Source of the DNA: Amoebidium appalachense
Lineage: Eukaryota; Protista; Ichthyosporea
Assembly: GCA_963693365.1 (NCBI GenBank)
Contig: CAVNZM010000024.1
Span: 1-64,000 of the forward strand
DNA length: 64,000 nt
Reading direction: 5' to 3'
The notes below the pieces were generated by a model. That model saw only the letters and a list, made by a program, of their open reading frames with translations. It was not told the DNA's origin and searched no databases. Position numbers and translations under genes: made by a program. The stretch's first letter is position 1; each line of letters starts with the position of its first letter. This document shows, piece by piece, positions 51,389-61,410 of the stretch.

Positions 51389-52498
51389 TTATATACCATC
51401 CACCGAATCCTGGATGGATGAGGATTGCAGGGCCTGTATGTAGCCATGGACCGCCTGTGTGTCCCCGGACAAGTCTTCCCGCGTGGGCTCGTGCGTTGCT
51501 TCAGGGTCTCCCTCCTTCCCAAAACCACATGACCGTGCAAAGCAGTTTGTTGTAACGTGTGCTATCGTCCACAGGCCCGCCATTGCGTGTTGGTATGCCA
51601 GCATGCACCCATAAGCAAAGTCCTGGTCTCCGGCAAACAACAAGACATCCACAGATGACTCCATGAATGTCACACCATCAAACATCTCGACTTTTTTGGC
51701 CGTGCATCGTTGGAGGGGGATCACTATATATCTGTTTGATCCTGGGATTTTCAGCACCCAACAGTTGGACCCTCTTTCTCCTTGAAACACCATCAGGCCT
51801 GAAAAAATGGCCCTCTTGATGATGCCGTCGCACAGAACCCAGGGTGATTGCGCTTGGACAAACACCTTTCCGCTGTATATGTCAACAAAAGTGGCCATCC
51901 AAACATCCGAATCTCGGGGCCTGTAATGATAGCCTGTCGTGTTTGTTCCTCGGGTGTTGCTGCTTGATTGTACGATCAAGGCTTCCAGCCTTCGTTTGTA
52001 CTCGGTCGTGTTTTTTCCGGATATGTCGATTGCGTCAATCAAGGATCTGTTGTTTTCTAATTGGGCCGCGAGCTTGCCCAGCGAAGCGTTGAGTGTGTCG
52101 GTTTCCCTTGATATTTTCTCGGCAATGTTTTCAGACCCCAAACTGACGACAACCTTGTTTCTGGTGTCTCTCACCAATTCATTGAACTCTCCTAGAGTTT
52201 TGAGAGCCTCTCCCAGTTTGGTGGACTCGGACTTGATTCTTTTTATTTTATTTTCGATGTTCTTGAATTTTACAGACTTCGAATCTAATGCCTTACTGGA
52301 AGTCAAGAGCGGCAATACATTTGACATTGTTTCCAGTACAGCCTGTGTGACTCCTGGGGAGACTGTCGTTCTAGTCTTGGTCTCGAGGTCATCTAATATG
52401 CGATGGATTTTCTCTTCAATTACTTTGTGCAGTGTCATTTCAGTGGTTTCGGTGTGTTTTTTGTCTTCTATGGAGGTCTCTACTTCCTCTGACGCCAT
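51389..52498 (-). CDS. Hypothetical protein with N-terminal coiled coil (369 aa)
   Basis: CCACCATGG start; long ORF; lower GC than neighbours. Confidence 0.7.
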   Translation of the reverse strand: MASEEVETSIEDKKHTETTEMTLHKVIEEKIHRILDDLETKTRTTVSPGVTQAVLETMSNVLPLLTSSKALDSKSVKFKNIENKIKRIKSESTKLGEALKTLGEFNELVRDTRNKVVVSLGSENIAEKISRETDTLNASLGKLAAQLENNRSLIDAIDISGKNTTEYKRRLEALIVQSSSNTRGTNTTGYHYRPRDSDVWMATFVDIYSGKVFVQAQSPWVLCDGIIKRAIFSGLMVFQGERGSNCWVLKIPGSNRYIVIPLQRCTAKKVEMFDGVTFMESSVDVLLFAGDQDFAYGCMLAYQHAMAGLWTIAHVTTNCFARSCGFGKEGDPEATHEPTREDLSGDTQAVHGYIQALQSSSIQDSVDGI

Positions 52499-52593
52499 GG
52501 TGGGTGTATCTGTCTTACTCTCCTATAATAATTTACAGCCACCAAACACCTATCATCCTCAACCTAGATTTGTCTATCCAAAACCACCACGCG

Positions 52594-53680
52594 TCAAACA
52601 AGTGCCGGCTCCATGGCAAGCGGCTGGACCCCCGTGTACTTGGACTCCAGGAGGTCCACCACGTCGCTGAAGTTGTGTGTGTGCTGTGTCTTGGGCATGT
52701 GCAGGCACAGCCAGTCCCGTGCCCTACTGAGCACCGTGTACGCCTCGAGCACCGTCATCTCCGTGCAGTAGGTGACGTTGCGCTTCCACCCCTCGATGAT
52801 CCGGCGCTTGATGGCTCCCTGCACTGCCGTGCGGGCAAGCACCACGCTCACGCGCCCCTCCTTCTCGTCCCAGATGCTCACGCCGATGGTGTCCTTGACG
52901 AACTTGCGGATCAGCCACGCCTCGCCCGATGTCTGGTCGGAGAACAGCGCACTCACCACGCTGTTGGCAAAGTTGAGCAGGCGTGCGCGCAGCACCTCGC
53001 ATCCGACGTCCAGTGCACACTTGCCTACGTCATCGGGCAGCACGCGCTCGTTGAGCGTGTGGGGGTCCGAGTTGATCTGCTCGCGCATCTGGCGGATGGC
53101 CCCGTTGCGCAGCGCAATGGTCAGCCGCTGCTCGTCCATCAGCTCCATGGCAACCTTCAGCAGCTTGGTCTTCTCGGCCACCAGCTCCTCCAGCTGCGCC
53201 TCGCGGGCCGTGCGCTTGGCCGCGCGCTCGGGGGTCTCCTCGACGCCGTTACGGAAGAACTCGCGCTCCTCGGGCGTGCTGTTGGTGTAGCGGGCCTCGA
53301 TGTCGTCGATGAGCGACAGGTCGCCGGCGAGCAGACGCGACATGTACGCCGCGCTGGTGCGGCGCACCTCGTGCGCACGCTTGCCGGGCAGCAGGTAGAT
53401 GATCTCGAGCAGGGTCTTGAAGGGGGCGACCGGGGTGACGTTGCCACGGTTGTTGATTTTCATGTCTTCGATGCCACTCATAATCGTAGGGGCTCCCAGA
53501 GTCTCTTTGGTAGACTGGACATCTGGGGAGTTCTTCAGGCGCTGCCAGGCCATCTTTGGCGGCGGGCACGTTGCCAAGGACAAGAGCAATAGCATCCAGC
53601 ACACTGGCCTTGTTGGTAGCCTGGTCGACGCGCACAACGGCATTCTTGAACATAGGGAACTGCTGGGCGAGGCTGTCCAT
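52594..53680 (-). CDS. Bro-N/KilA-like DNA-binding protein of an NCLDV multigene family; frameshift near 53555
   Basis: ASVLDAIALVLG, then TPVAPFKTLLEIIYLLPGKRAHEVR...RLLAGDLSLIDDI; ORFs 53249-53680 and 52594-53895 join at AAAG. Confidence 0.7.
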
Positions 53681-54028
53681 GTTGTCTGGGTTGTAGGTTT
53701 CTTGTTACTGGGTGGGCTTCTTTGGCAGACTGATGGCGGACTACACAAACCAGTCCTTTTATACCTTCGAATGAGTGAATCGAGGAATGAATGAATGAAT
53801 GAATTAGTGCTCCGAAATCCAATCTTCAACCAAAAAAAAATCTGGTAACTGGATTCGACATTGCGTGATGACGTCACAACAAAAATTCCAGCCAATCAAA
53901 TAACCGGTAACTGCTTGTTACCAGTTTTTCGACCAATCGAATCGAATTTGACGCGACGCGAACCCATTTCGAAAAACCTCTTGGTTGCAATAGGGTCACC
54001 TGCGATTGATGGAATGCTCGGTATACTG

Positions 54029-54714
54029 TCAGTTGACAAGCAGAAGCATAGCCAACTGCAGAATATCACTGACGACCCGGTACACAATAAAGTTGTCTGC
54101 ATATGGGTTGTACCGTAGCCACCTACATCCCAGTTGCTTGGTGATGTGGTTCTGGCGCTCTTCCTCATAGGTCGGATCGCGGTCATCATGATTGTGCTCG
54201 TCACACTCCACCACCAGGTTGAGTTCTGGAAAAAAAAGGTCCACTCGGTAGGGCTTGACATAGAACTGGGGCTTGCTTTTGAAACATGATGTGCACTGCC
54301 GTATGATGTTAATGGTCTCGCTCTCGGCCGATGTCTGCAGCAGTACTATAGGGAGGTCGGCCAAATCAAACACATGCATCCAGTATCGCTTCTTATCCAT
54401 GGACAGTTTGCAGCCTGGTATTAGAGCCTTCACGATCTCGCGAATTGTGTTGAGGGTAGCAAATGGTGTTGGCTTGCTCATTCCAGGTAAGCGCATGTTG
54501 ACCACACCCATTAGACGATCTTGATTGGTTAGCCCAGAACTGGCTTTCGTATGCCATTTTCCTTGACTCATACGTAGCCATGACTGGTGCGCTGCATTGC
54601 GATCTCCCAAGTACCAACGCCATGATGTCCAGAACGCTAACTTTGTTGGTAGCGGGGTCTGTTCGCACTGCTGGCATTCTTCAACACCGGAAATTGCTGT
54701 GTCAGGGTCTCCAT
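54029..54714 (-). pseudogene. Paralogous N-terminal domain fused to DUF559/Vsr-like endonuclease; two frameshifts
   Basis: METLTQQFPVLKNA / AVRTDPATNKVSVLDIMALVL parallels the 53680 gene; C-terminal YRVDLFFPELNLVVECDEHNH...RQNHI...WLRYNP. Confidence 0.75.
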
Positions 54715-54952
54715 ATTGATGGTAGAAGCAAGGTCCATCTTGCAGATACGGCGAATTTGAAGAAGTGAGACGAGTCAGACCATAAGGGGTTGCTTTTTAT
54801 ACCTCCCGAATCGCCACAGTTGGGAACTCAACCACGCCATTGTTGTAGGTATAAAAGCCAGTCCAACAGATTTTTTAGTGTGCCCAATCCCAGGGGCCCC
54901 AGGTATATAAGCCCCTCCCCGCTCCCGTCCTTTCATTCCGCCCCCTGGTAAC

Positions 54953-56392
54953 ATGGACGACTACCTCGCCTTCGAAGACACCGCCGCCGGCCCGCACTTC
55001 GGCATCCCCTTCGTCCCCGACGCCTGCCTGGACCACGAGTGGACCCCGGAGCTCGCCGTCGCCTACCTGCGCAGCAATGTCGCCCACGTCAAGGGCTGCT
55101 CGACGTACATCCTCAAGCAGTGGTGCCAGGACAGGCTGAAGTACGAGCACCGCATCCTGGGCAAGCGCGACATGCAGGACACGCTCGCCAAGTTCCACTT
55201 CCCGCTGCTGGCCGACCGCCCCAACCAGCAGCCCGCCGCCCCCTACCGCGGCCGCGAATACCTCAACAGCCCGTACATCCTCATGTACGACCGGCTGGTG
55301 TTCGATCCCGCCAGCCCGGACCCGCGCACGGGGGTGTACAAGAAGTCCGCCGGGCCCTACCGCACGTTCAACCTGTTCACCGGGTTCCGGTTCACGCTGA
55401 GCAACATGCCCGTAGCCCGGCGTGACGAGCTGGTGGCGCCCTTCGTCTCGCACGCGCGCGACGTGCTGTGCGGTGGCGACCCCGGGCTTTTTGACTACCT
55501 GATGCTGTGGATGGGCCACCTGTTCCAGCACCCGGCGTCCAAGCCCGGCAGCGCGCTGCTGCTCGTGTCCAAGCAGGGCGCGGGGAAGAACATCTTCTTC
55601 CAGGCGCTCATCGACGCCATGGGGGTCGAGCACTCGGTGTACGTCAACCGGCGCGACCGCATCCAGAACCACTTCAATGCGCACCTGCAGAACAAGCTGC
55701 TGGTGGTGGTCGACGAGGTGCTGTTCAGCAACTCGCGTGAGGTCAACAACATCATGAAGTCGCTCATCACCGAGTCGTCCAACATCCTCGAGAAGAAGGG
55801 TCAGGATGCCGTGGCTGTGCGTGCGTGCGAGCGCTACGTGCTGCTGACCAACGAGAGCAACCCCGTGCTTGTCGAGCCCAGCGACCGCCGCTACGCGTGC
55901 ATGGCCGTCAGCAACGCGCGTGTCGGCGACACGGCCTACTTTGCCACGTTTCACCAACACCACAGAGACCCCGAGGTGCTGCAGGCCATCCACGACCTGC
56001 TCGTGTCCGTGCCCGACGTGCCGCCCGTGCTGCCGCCGCCGCCCGTGACCGACCTCAAGAAGGAGCTGCGTGGCGCCACGCTTGACGACAACGTGGCGTT
56101 CCTTCGTGACATCGCCACGGGCGCAGACGGCTGCGAGGACCTGGCCGTCGCCGACGGCGCTTACGTGACCACTTTCGGGCTGGCCGAGCGCATGCGCACG
56201 TGGGCCGCACGCAACGGCAAGGACCCCGCGGCCGTCAGTGTCAAGAAGCTGGGCGGCGTGCTCGGCAAGGTGTTTGGGCAGCGCGTCAAGAAGCAGCGGA
56301 GCGCGGTGGCGGTGGGGGGCGTGGAGGGCACGGATCCGGAGGAGTACGTGCACGTGTACGTGTTCGAACACGCGAAGGTGGCGGGGGCGTGA
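54953..56392 (+). CDS. SF3 helicase (DUF5906 / D5-like ATPase) with C-terminal winged-helix-like domain, no primase domain seen
   Basis: FNLFTGF, Walker A SKQGAGKN, FNAHLQNKLLVVVDE, motif C LTNE, SDRRY. Confidence 0.88.
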   Translation: MDDYLAFEDTAAGPHFGIPFVPDACLDHEWTPELAVAYLRSNVAHVKGCSTYILKQWCQDRLKYEHRILGKRDMQDTLAKFHFPLLADRPNQQPAAPYRGREYLNSPYILMYDRLVFDPASPDPRTGVYKKSAGPYRTFNLFTGFRFTLSNMPVARRDELVAPFVSHARDVLCGGDPGLFDYLMLWMGHLFQHPASKPGSALLLVSKQGAGKNIFFQALIDAMGVEHSVYVNRRDRIQNHFNAHLQNKLLVVVDEVLFSNSREVNNIMKSLITESSNILEKKGQDAVAVRACERYVLLTNESNPVLVEPSDRRYACMAVSNARVGDTAYFATFHQHHRDPEVLQAIHDLLVSVPDVPPVLPPPPVTDLKKELRGATLDDNVAFLRDIATGADGCEDLAVADGAYVTTFGLAERMRTWAARNGKDPAAVSVKKLGGVLGKVFGQRVKKQRSAVAVGGVEGTDPEEYVHVYVFEHAKVAGA

Positions 56393-56518
56393 GGGGGGGG
56401 GGGGAGCTACAATGTTTTGGGTTTTATTCAAAAAGCAACACAGATATAATCAGCCAGCACAGCGGCCAATAAACAAACAAGCCTTCAGACAAGATCATGG
56501 GTGCCAGCCACGCCCATT

Positions 56519-57358
56519 TCAAAGCGCATGCCCGATGTCGCCCACCTGGTTCCACGGTGTTCTCTGGTTGTGCATGAATTCGGGGATGTCCCAGTACTCC
56601 ATGCCGCTGTTGTTGCCGTAGATGGCATGGATGATGTTCTGCCGCAGTGGGAGACCACCCGCTTCCAGGGCATGCTCAACCTGCGCGAGCCAGGGGTCCA
56701 GCCACGTGGTTGTCCATTGCTGCACAGCAGCCTGCAGCTCCTGGAAGGACGTGCCTCCCGGTGCGGCGGCCTCGGGGGCCTCGTGGTCTATCCCGGCCTG
56801 GTACGCCGTCTCGGGCGGGGGCTGCGGCTGCGGAAGCACCACCAGCTTCTCGAAGAGCAGTGCGGGCATGATCCAATACGGCCACCTCCTGACGCCCAAC
56901 TGGGCCTCCAGAAATTCCTCCTCCTCCTCCTCCTGCTCGCTTGTAGAGCCGTCCAAGGTGACAGCTTCCCAAAACACCCACCCACTGCTGGTCAGTTTCA
57001 TGCCGTATGACGTGTCGTCCATTTGCAGTTGCAGGACGTAGTAGTAGGGGCTGAGGCTGGTATTGGCAGCGGGATGTCCGGGGCGATACCGACCACTGCC
57101 GTAGTCGAAGTTGCATCTAAGACGCCAGACCTCGCTTATGGCGCCGCTGAATACGTTAATGGAGTTTTCTATTCCCGTGCCATCCGGACCCGTGGTGGTT
57201 ACCGGTGTTATCACGGGATGGGCAATCCTGTATGCAGACCCCTGCTGTCTCCATGTCACATCCCCGTCTTCAACACCATATGCTGGATCCATTTCATTTA
57301 GAAGCCCCACCAAGTCTTCCTCCGTGGTGATCTGGATTGGGTCCCAGCGTGTGGTCAT
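56519..57358 (-). CDS. Hypothetical acidic protein (~279 aa)
   Basis: Long ORF with poly-Glu tract. Confidence 0.65.
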   Translation of the reverse strand: MTTRWDPIQITTEEDLVGLLNEMDPAYGVEDGDVTWRQQGSAYRIAHPVITPVTTTGPDGTGIENSINVFSGAISEVWRLRCNFDYGSGRYRPGHPAANTSLSPYYYVLQLQMDDTSYGMKLTSSGWVFWEAVTLDGSTSEQEEEEEEFLEAQLGVRRWPYWIMPALLFEKLVVLPQPQPPPETAYQAGIDHEAPEAAAPGGTSFQELQAAVQQWTTTWLDPWLAQVEHALEAGGLPLRQNIIHAIYGNNSGMEYWDIPEFMHNQRTPWNQVGDIGHAL

Positions 57359-57507
57359 TACAGCCACATATCAAAATGTATGAACATTGCCCGAAAGAAC
57401 CACCGACGTGTTGCTTTATTCAAAAAAGCAGCATGATACACAGATACTTGGTTTATTTCGTGCATGAACTTCTCCCGGAAGCACATCAAACAACTTCCAA
57501 GCCCTCC

Positions 57508-57604
57508 CATGCTAACACCATCCCATCAAACCAACCCCCATCTAGCTCATGCTAACACCATCCCATCAAACCAACCCCCATCTAGCTCATGCTAACACCA
57601 TCCC
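57508..57604 (+). repeat. 40-bp tandem repeat, 2.4 copies
   Basis: CATGCTAACACCATCCCATCAAACCAACCCCCATCTAGCT at 57508, 57548 and (partial) 57588. Confidence 0.9.
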
Positions 57605-57627
57605 TCCCCCCCCCCCCCCCTCAGCCC

Positions 57628-58491
57628 TCACTCAAGCTCCGCAACAACCTTCATCACCCAATCATACCCCTCCCGCAGGCGCTGCTCAATCATCTCCATG
57701 TCCTGAACAAAATAGTGGTTGCCCTCATCCCACCAAACGGGAACCTCCACCGCCCACTCATCGATCGATGCCGCAAGAGCAGAGTCTCTCTCCTCCGCCC
57801 CCCACACATCGTCCGAGTCGATACGTTTCCCGGGAGGGTACTTCGGATCCCTCTGCACTCGATCAAACAGAAATATCTCGCACTGCCGGAGCACGTTGCC
57901 ACTTGCAAGCTCCCCGGGTGTGAGCGCAAAGGGGACGAGGTTTGGACGGGGAGAACCGGGGGGGCGGGGAACGTAGGCGAACTGGCCGGGCCCCTCCCCG
58001 CCCTGGCGGCGGTGGACACGTTCGGCAATCCGATGGCGCAGCGCTTGCTTGTTGCGCTCCACAGCATCCTCCGCCGACCAAAAACCCACATACCCGTCCT
58101 TAACCGCCCGAGCCGCCTCTGCCATGTCGTGGAGCGCCTGCGCCACCGCCCGTGCCTTAGCCGCGCCCACGACGTTGCGCCCAGGCTGCTGCAGGTACTG
58201 GCGCAGACCCGGCACGACGGACTGTGCAGCCACTGCGCACCCCCCGAACTCCGTGACCAACGGACGCACCTTGTCGCGCGCGGGCCCGACGGCGTTCTCT
58301 GCGGCGACGAGGGCAAGGATGGCGTCCTGGCAGTGGTTTAATTCCCTGCACACCTTCACATGCGAGGGGATCTGGTCGCTGTGCATGTCAGCGACACAAG
58401 CGCGGCACTTGACCATGTATTTGTCCTTGGTGTTCTTAGTGAAAAGGTGATCGGTCAGCCATTTGTAGCTGCGCTTGCCTACTTGTTCCAT
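57628..58491 (-). CDS. Hypothetical protein with N-terminal C2HC/BED-like zinc finger (287 aa)
   Basis: CACCATGG start; W...HLF...VKCRAC...SHVKVC. Confidence 0.65.
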   Translation of the reverse strand: MEQVGKRSYKWLTDHLFTKNTKDKYMVKCRACVADMHSDQIPSHVKVCRELNHCQDAILALVAAENAVGPARDKVRPLVTEFGGCAVAAQSVVPGLRQYLQQPGRNVVGAAKARAVAQALHDMAEAARAVKDGYVGFWSAEDAVERNKQALRHRIAERVHRRQGGEGPGQFAYVPRPPGSPRPNLVPFALTPGELASGNVLRQCEIFLFDRVQRDPKYPPGKRIDSDDVWGAEERDSALAASIDEWAVEVPVWWDEGNHYFVQDMEMIEQRLREGYDWVMKVVAELE

Positions 58492-59130
58492 GGTGTGTGT
58501 GTGTAGAAATGGGGGTGCAAAGCGAAAAATCAGTAAAAGGCGACCTAACAAGCGACTTCAAAGCCTTTGATGTTGACACTACAGAAGGTGTGTGAAAGTG
58601 ACACCCTATCAGCTGTGCCGTGCCCTTAGAAGCCAATTCCCAACTGATGCTGACGAAATGATATCATTGTAATTAAAAACAGTCACGCGTTTGATTGGGA
58701 GAATGCTTTCAGATCCAGATCACCAAACTGCACGATTGGCTGCTGGGGATTGGATCACACCCAATTCAAGATCCAATCAGATCCCGCGAAGAGCAGGCAA
58801 TGCCAGTGCTTCAAGATTTTTCAATGACAGCTGATGCCTTTTTCTCTTCTATCCCTTAGAACCAAACATAAGAATAAAATCAAACGTTTTATACCTAATT
58901 TCATATTCAAGATAGTTTTATAAACAATTCGGTCACATTTCTAATAGAAATCGCGAAGAAATAGTCCTTTCAACGATTACAAACAGATTCTGAAACCTTG
59001 GTCAGGATCTTGAACGCTTTCGACCAATCAGATCGAATAGCGGGGTAGCCAACTGCGCGCTGCTTTGGCCGTTTATTGGCACATCTGGCGCTGCTTTGGA
59101 ACGAAGTTGTGGTTCCGCGTTGCCTGTTCC

Positions 59131-59220
59131 GGGGGCCTGGGGGGGCGCCTGTGGCACACAGACCCGTGAGACCACTGTGCCTTCCGTGCCTCGCGTGCCC
59201 CTCATGCCCCCCAGGCCCCG
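59131..59220. repeat. GC-rich intergenic repeat, copy 1
   Basis: G-rich arm, GTGGCACAC, CCCGTGAGACCACTGTGCC, GTGCCTCGCGTGCC, C-rich arm. Confidence 0.75.
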
Positions 59221-59239
59221 CTCCTAGGAAAAAGCAATC

Positions 59240-59464
59240 GGCGAACAGGGTCCACCCCCGGCACCTGTTCTCCAAGGATCCGGGAGACATGGTTGGGGAT
59301 GCCATGGTGTTCTCTTGGGTTCCGGGAGACATGGGGGGGACCGGCGATGCTGTTCTCTAGCAAAATCACGGGCCAAACGTTCATGGGCACTGCCGTGTTC
59401 TCTCTGGTTTGTGGAGAAATCGGTGGACTGGGTAGGGGGCGGGGGCAGGAGAACAGGGTGGTGA
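59240..59464 (+). repeat. Iteron-like ~42-bp-period array, copy B
   Basis: TGTTCTC at 59266, 59308, 59351, 59396; GGAGACATGG at 59283 and 59325. Confidence 0.85.
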
Positions 59465-59488
59465 ACGCGCAGGTGGATATGGGCCGGG

Positions 59489-60355
59489 TTGTTGCCGTGT
59501 GACGTAAAGGTCGATTTTGATAGTTTGTGGTACTTTATCTGTCGGTTCAACACCGTGATGTCTCAACTCAGCGAAGGGGCTGTTGTGCGCTGCCTCCACC
59601 TGGTGCGCACGTTTTTGGATAACGATAAGAGCAGCGCTTTGTTCATGCAGGGATACACAACGCACCACCTAGTGTTATACATCAAGCACCTGATGGAATT
59701 GGAAATAAACGAAAAGGTCCCAGTCGAACATATTGAGAGGCTGATCTCCTGCCCCGATGAAACGTCCGAACACACGCGCTCATCGAAGAAACTGAAAAAC
59801 GTCGTTATAGCAGTTCGCGAGCTGTTCCCCACACCGTGGGTTTGGAAGGGGATTGATCCAGGCACGTTTACGGTGGAGCTCGCTAGGGAGGTCCATCGCA
59901 AGGTCATGGACGGGCTGCTCGATAGCGCTGGACGGTATCGGGTGCGCTTTGCGCTTCCCGCAGGCTGCAGTCATCAGTACCTTGCACCGTTCAAGATCGA
60001 AGAGGCTCTCAAGCGTCTGTTCGAAAGGACACGCACCGAACTCCAAGGCTGCAATGACGTTCTCGGTGCCATACAGGTCACCGCCCGTTTCCTCGGGGAG
60101 TTCCTCTACATCCACCCGTTCAGCAACGGCAACGGGCGCGTCGCCCGTCTGTTGGTCAGCGTGCTGCTCTCGCCCTATATTGCCGTTCCCCTCTCGTTGT
60201 ACACAGACCGCAGCTCCCGCGAGCGCTACCACTCGCTGCTGCTGGCCGCGCAGAGCCAGCCGCCCCCCCACGACTACTCCGAGCTGGCGGCCTTCGTGCT
60301 GGACTGCGCAAGGGCAAACCTGGTCTCGGTGTGCAACGCCCTGGATTTGGAATGA
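59489..60355 (+). CDS. Fic/Doc-family AMPylase (start uncertain)
   Basis: Canonical HPFSNGNGRVAR motif; upstream EVHRKVM...AGRYR. Confidence 0.92.
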   Translation: MLPCDVKVDFDSLWYFICRFNTVMSQLSEGAVVRCLHLVRTFLDNDKSSALFMQGYTTHHLVLYIKHLMELEINEKVPVEHIERLISCPDETSEHTRSSKKLKNVVIAVRELFPTPWVWKGIDPGTFTVELAREVHRKVMDGLLDSAGRYRVRFALPAGCSHQYLAPFKIEEALKRLFERTRTELQGCNDVLGAIQVTARFLGEFLYIHPFSNGNGRVARLLVSVLLSPYIAVPLSLYTDRSSRERYHSLLLAAQSQPPPHDYSELAAFVLDCARANLVSVCNALDLE

Positions 60356-60387
60356 AGCCGTCAACTCTTATCGCGCCCTACATCAAC

Positions 60388-61263
60388 ATGGACACACCCT
60401 CCCAAGCCAGGACACGTGTGCGGATCCTGCTGCCCGGGGGCGGCGTCAAGGGCTGCTTCCAAGTCGGGTTCATGCAGGGGATGCTCGCGTCGGGGCTGTA
60501 CCAGGTCGACAGGGTGTACGGCACGTCCGTCGGCGCGCTGGTGGCGCCGTTCGTGGTTGCCGACCGCCTGGACGACCTGGCGCGCGAGCTGGGGAAGCTG
60601 AAGTGCGTGGAGGACATTGTGGAACCGTGGGGCGGCGCAATGGCGCTGCTTCCGAAAAGCTGGAGGACGGTTGTGGGGTCAATGCTGTACGGGGCGGCGT
60701 ACAGCCGCTTCACCCTGCAGGAGCGTGCGGCGGCGCTTCTGGAGGGCATCGACGCGGACATCTACACGCGCTGCCACTGCGTCGCCTGGGACTTCCTCAA
60801 CAAGAAGGAGCGGTGGTTCACAGGGCCCGAGTACCAGGTCGGCATGCGCGCGTCTTCGGCCCTTCCACTCGCGGTCCCCCCCGTCGAGTACGACGGCACC
60901 GTGTTTCTGGACGGCGGGGTCTCTGAGCTGGTGCCCCTCACCAAGGCACTCGAGGATGCCGCAGATGGGTTCGACGGCATCTACGTCACGGTGCTGTGCG
61001 ACTCGCTGGCGCACTGCCCCGCAGAATCCGTGCCAAAAACGGGCATGGAGCTCTGCTATGCTCTGCAGCGTGACTCGGGCACCGAGCTAGCGGCCACCGA
61101 GTTCGCCAACCTCCGCACCCGCCTCGGAGACCGCCTCGTGGTGGTCGCTCCGGAGCGGAGGCTGTTTGCGTCGCCCATGGACGTCGACCCCGGGAAGGTC
61201 GCGCAGGCGCTTGCGGATGGCCGCACGGCGTTTGCTGCCTGGGCCGCCGCGGCACGTCAATAA
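60388..61263 (+). CDS. Patatin-like phospholipase
   Basis: GGGVKG oxyanion loop, GTSVG nucleophile, ASSALP, DGG. Confidence 0.93.
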   Translation: MDTPSQARTRVRILLPGGGVKGCFQVGFMQGMLASGLYQVDRVYGTSVGALVAPFVVADRLDDLARELGKLKCVEDIVEPWGGAMALLPKSWRTVVGSMLYGAAYSRFTLQERAAALLEGIDADIYTRCHCVAWDFLNKKERWFTGPEYQVGMRASSALPLAVPPVEYDGTVFLDGGVSELVPLTKALEDAADGFDGIYVTVLCDSLAHCPAESVPKTGMELCYALQRDSGTELAATEFANLRTRLGDRLVVVAPERRLFASPMDVDPGKVAQALADGRTAFAAWAAAARQ

Positions 61264-61310
61264 ACCCACCCCGAGTCGGGTCCATATCTGTCGTCCTCGG
61301 TCACCCATCC

Positions 61311-61410
61311 GGGCTGGGGGGCTGGGGGGCCTGGGGGGCCTGGGGGGCTGGGAGGGGCTCCTGTGGCGCACGTGCCTCGCGTGCCTCGCGGGCCCCCCAG
61401 GGCCTGGGCG
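61311..61410. repeat. GC-rich intergenic repeat, copy 2
   Basis: (CTGGGGGG)n, GGCTCCTGTGGCGCAC, GTGCCTCGC x2, GGCCCCCCAGG. Confidence 0.75.
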
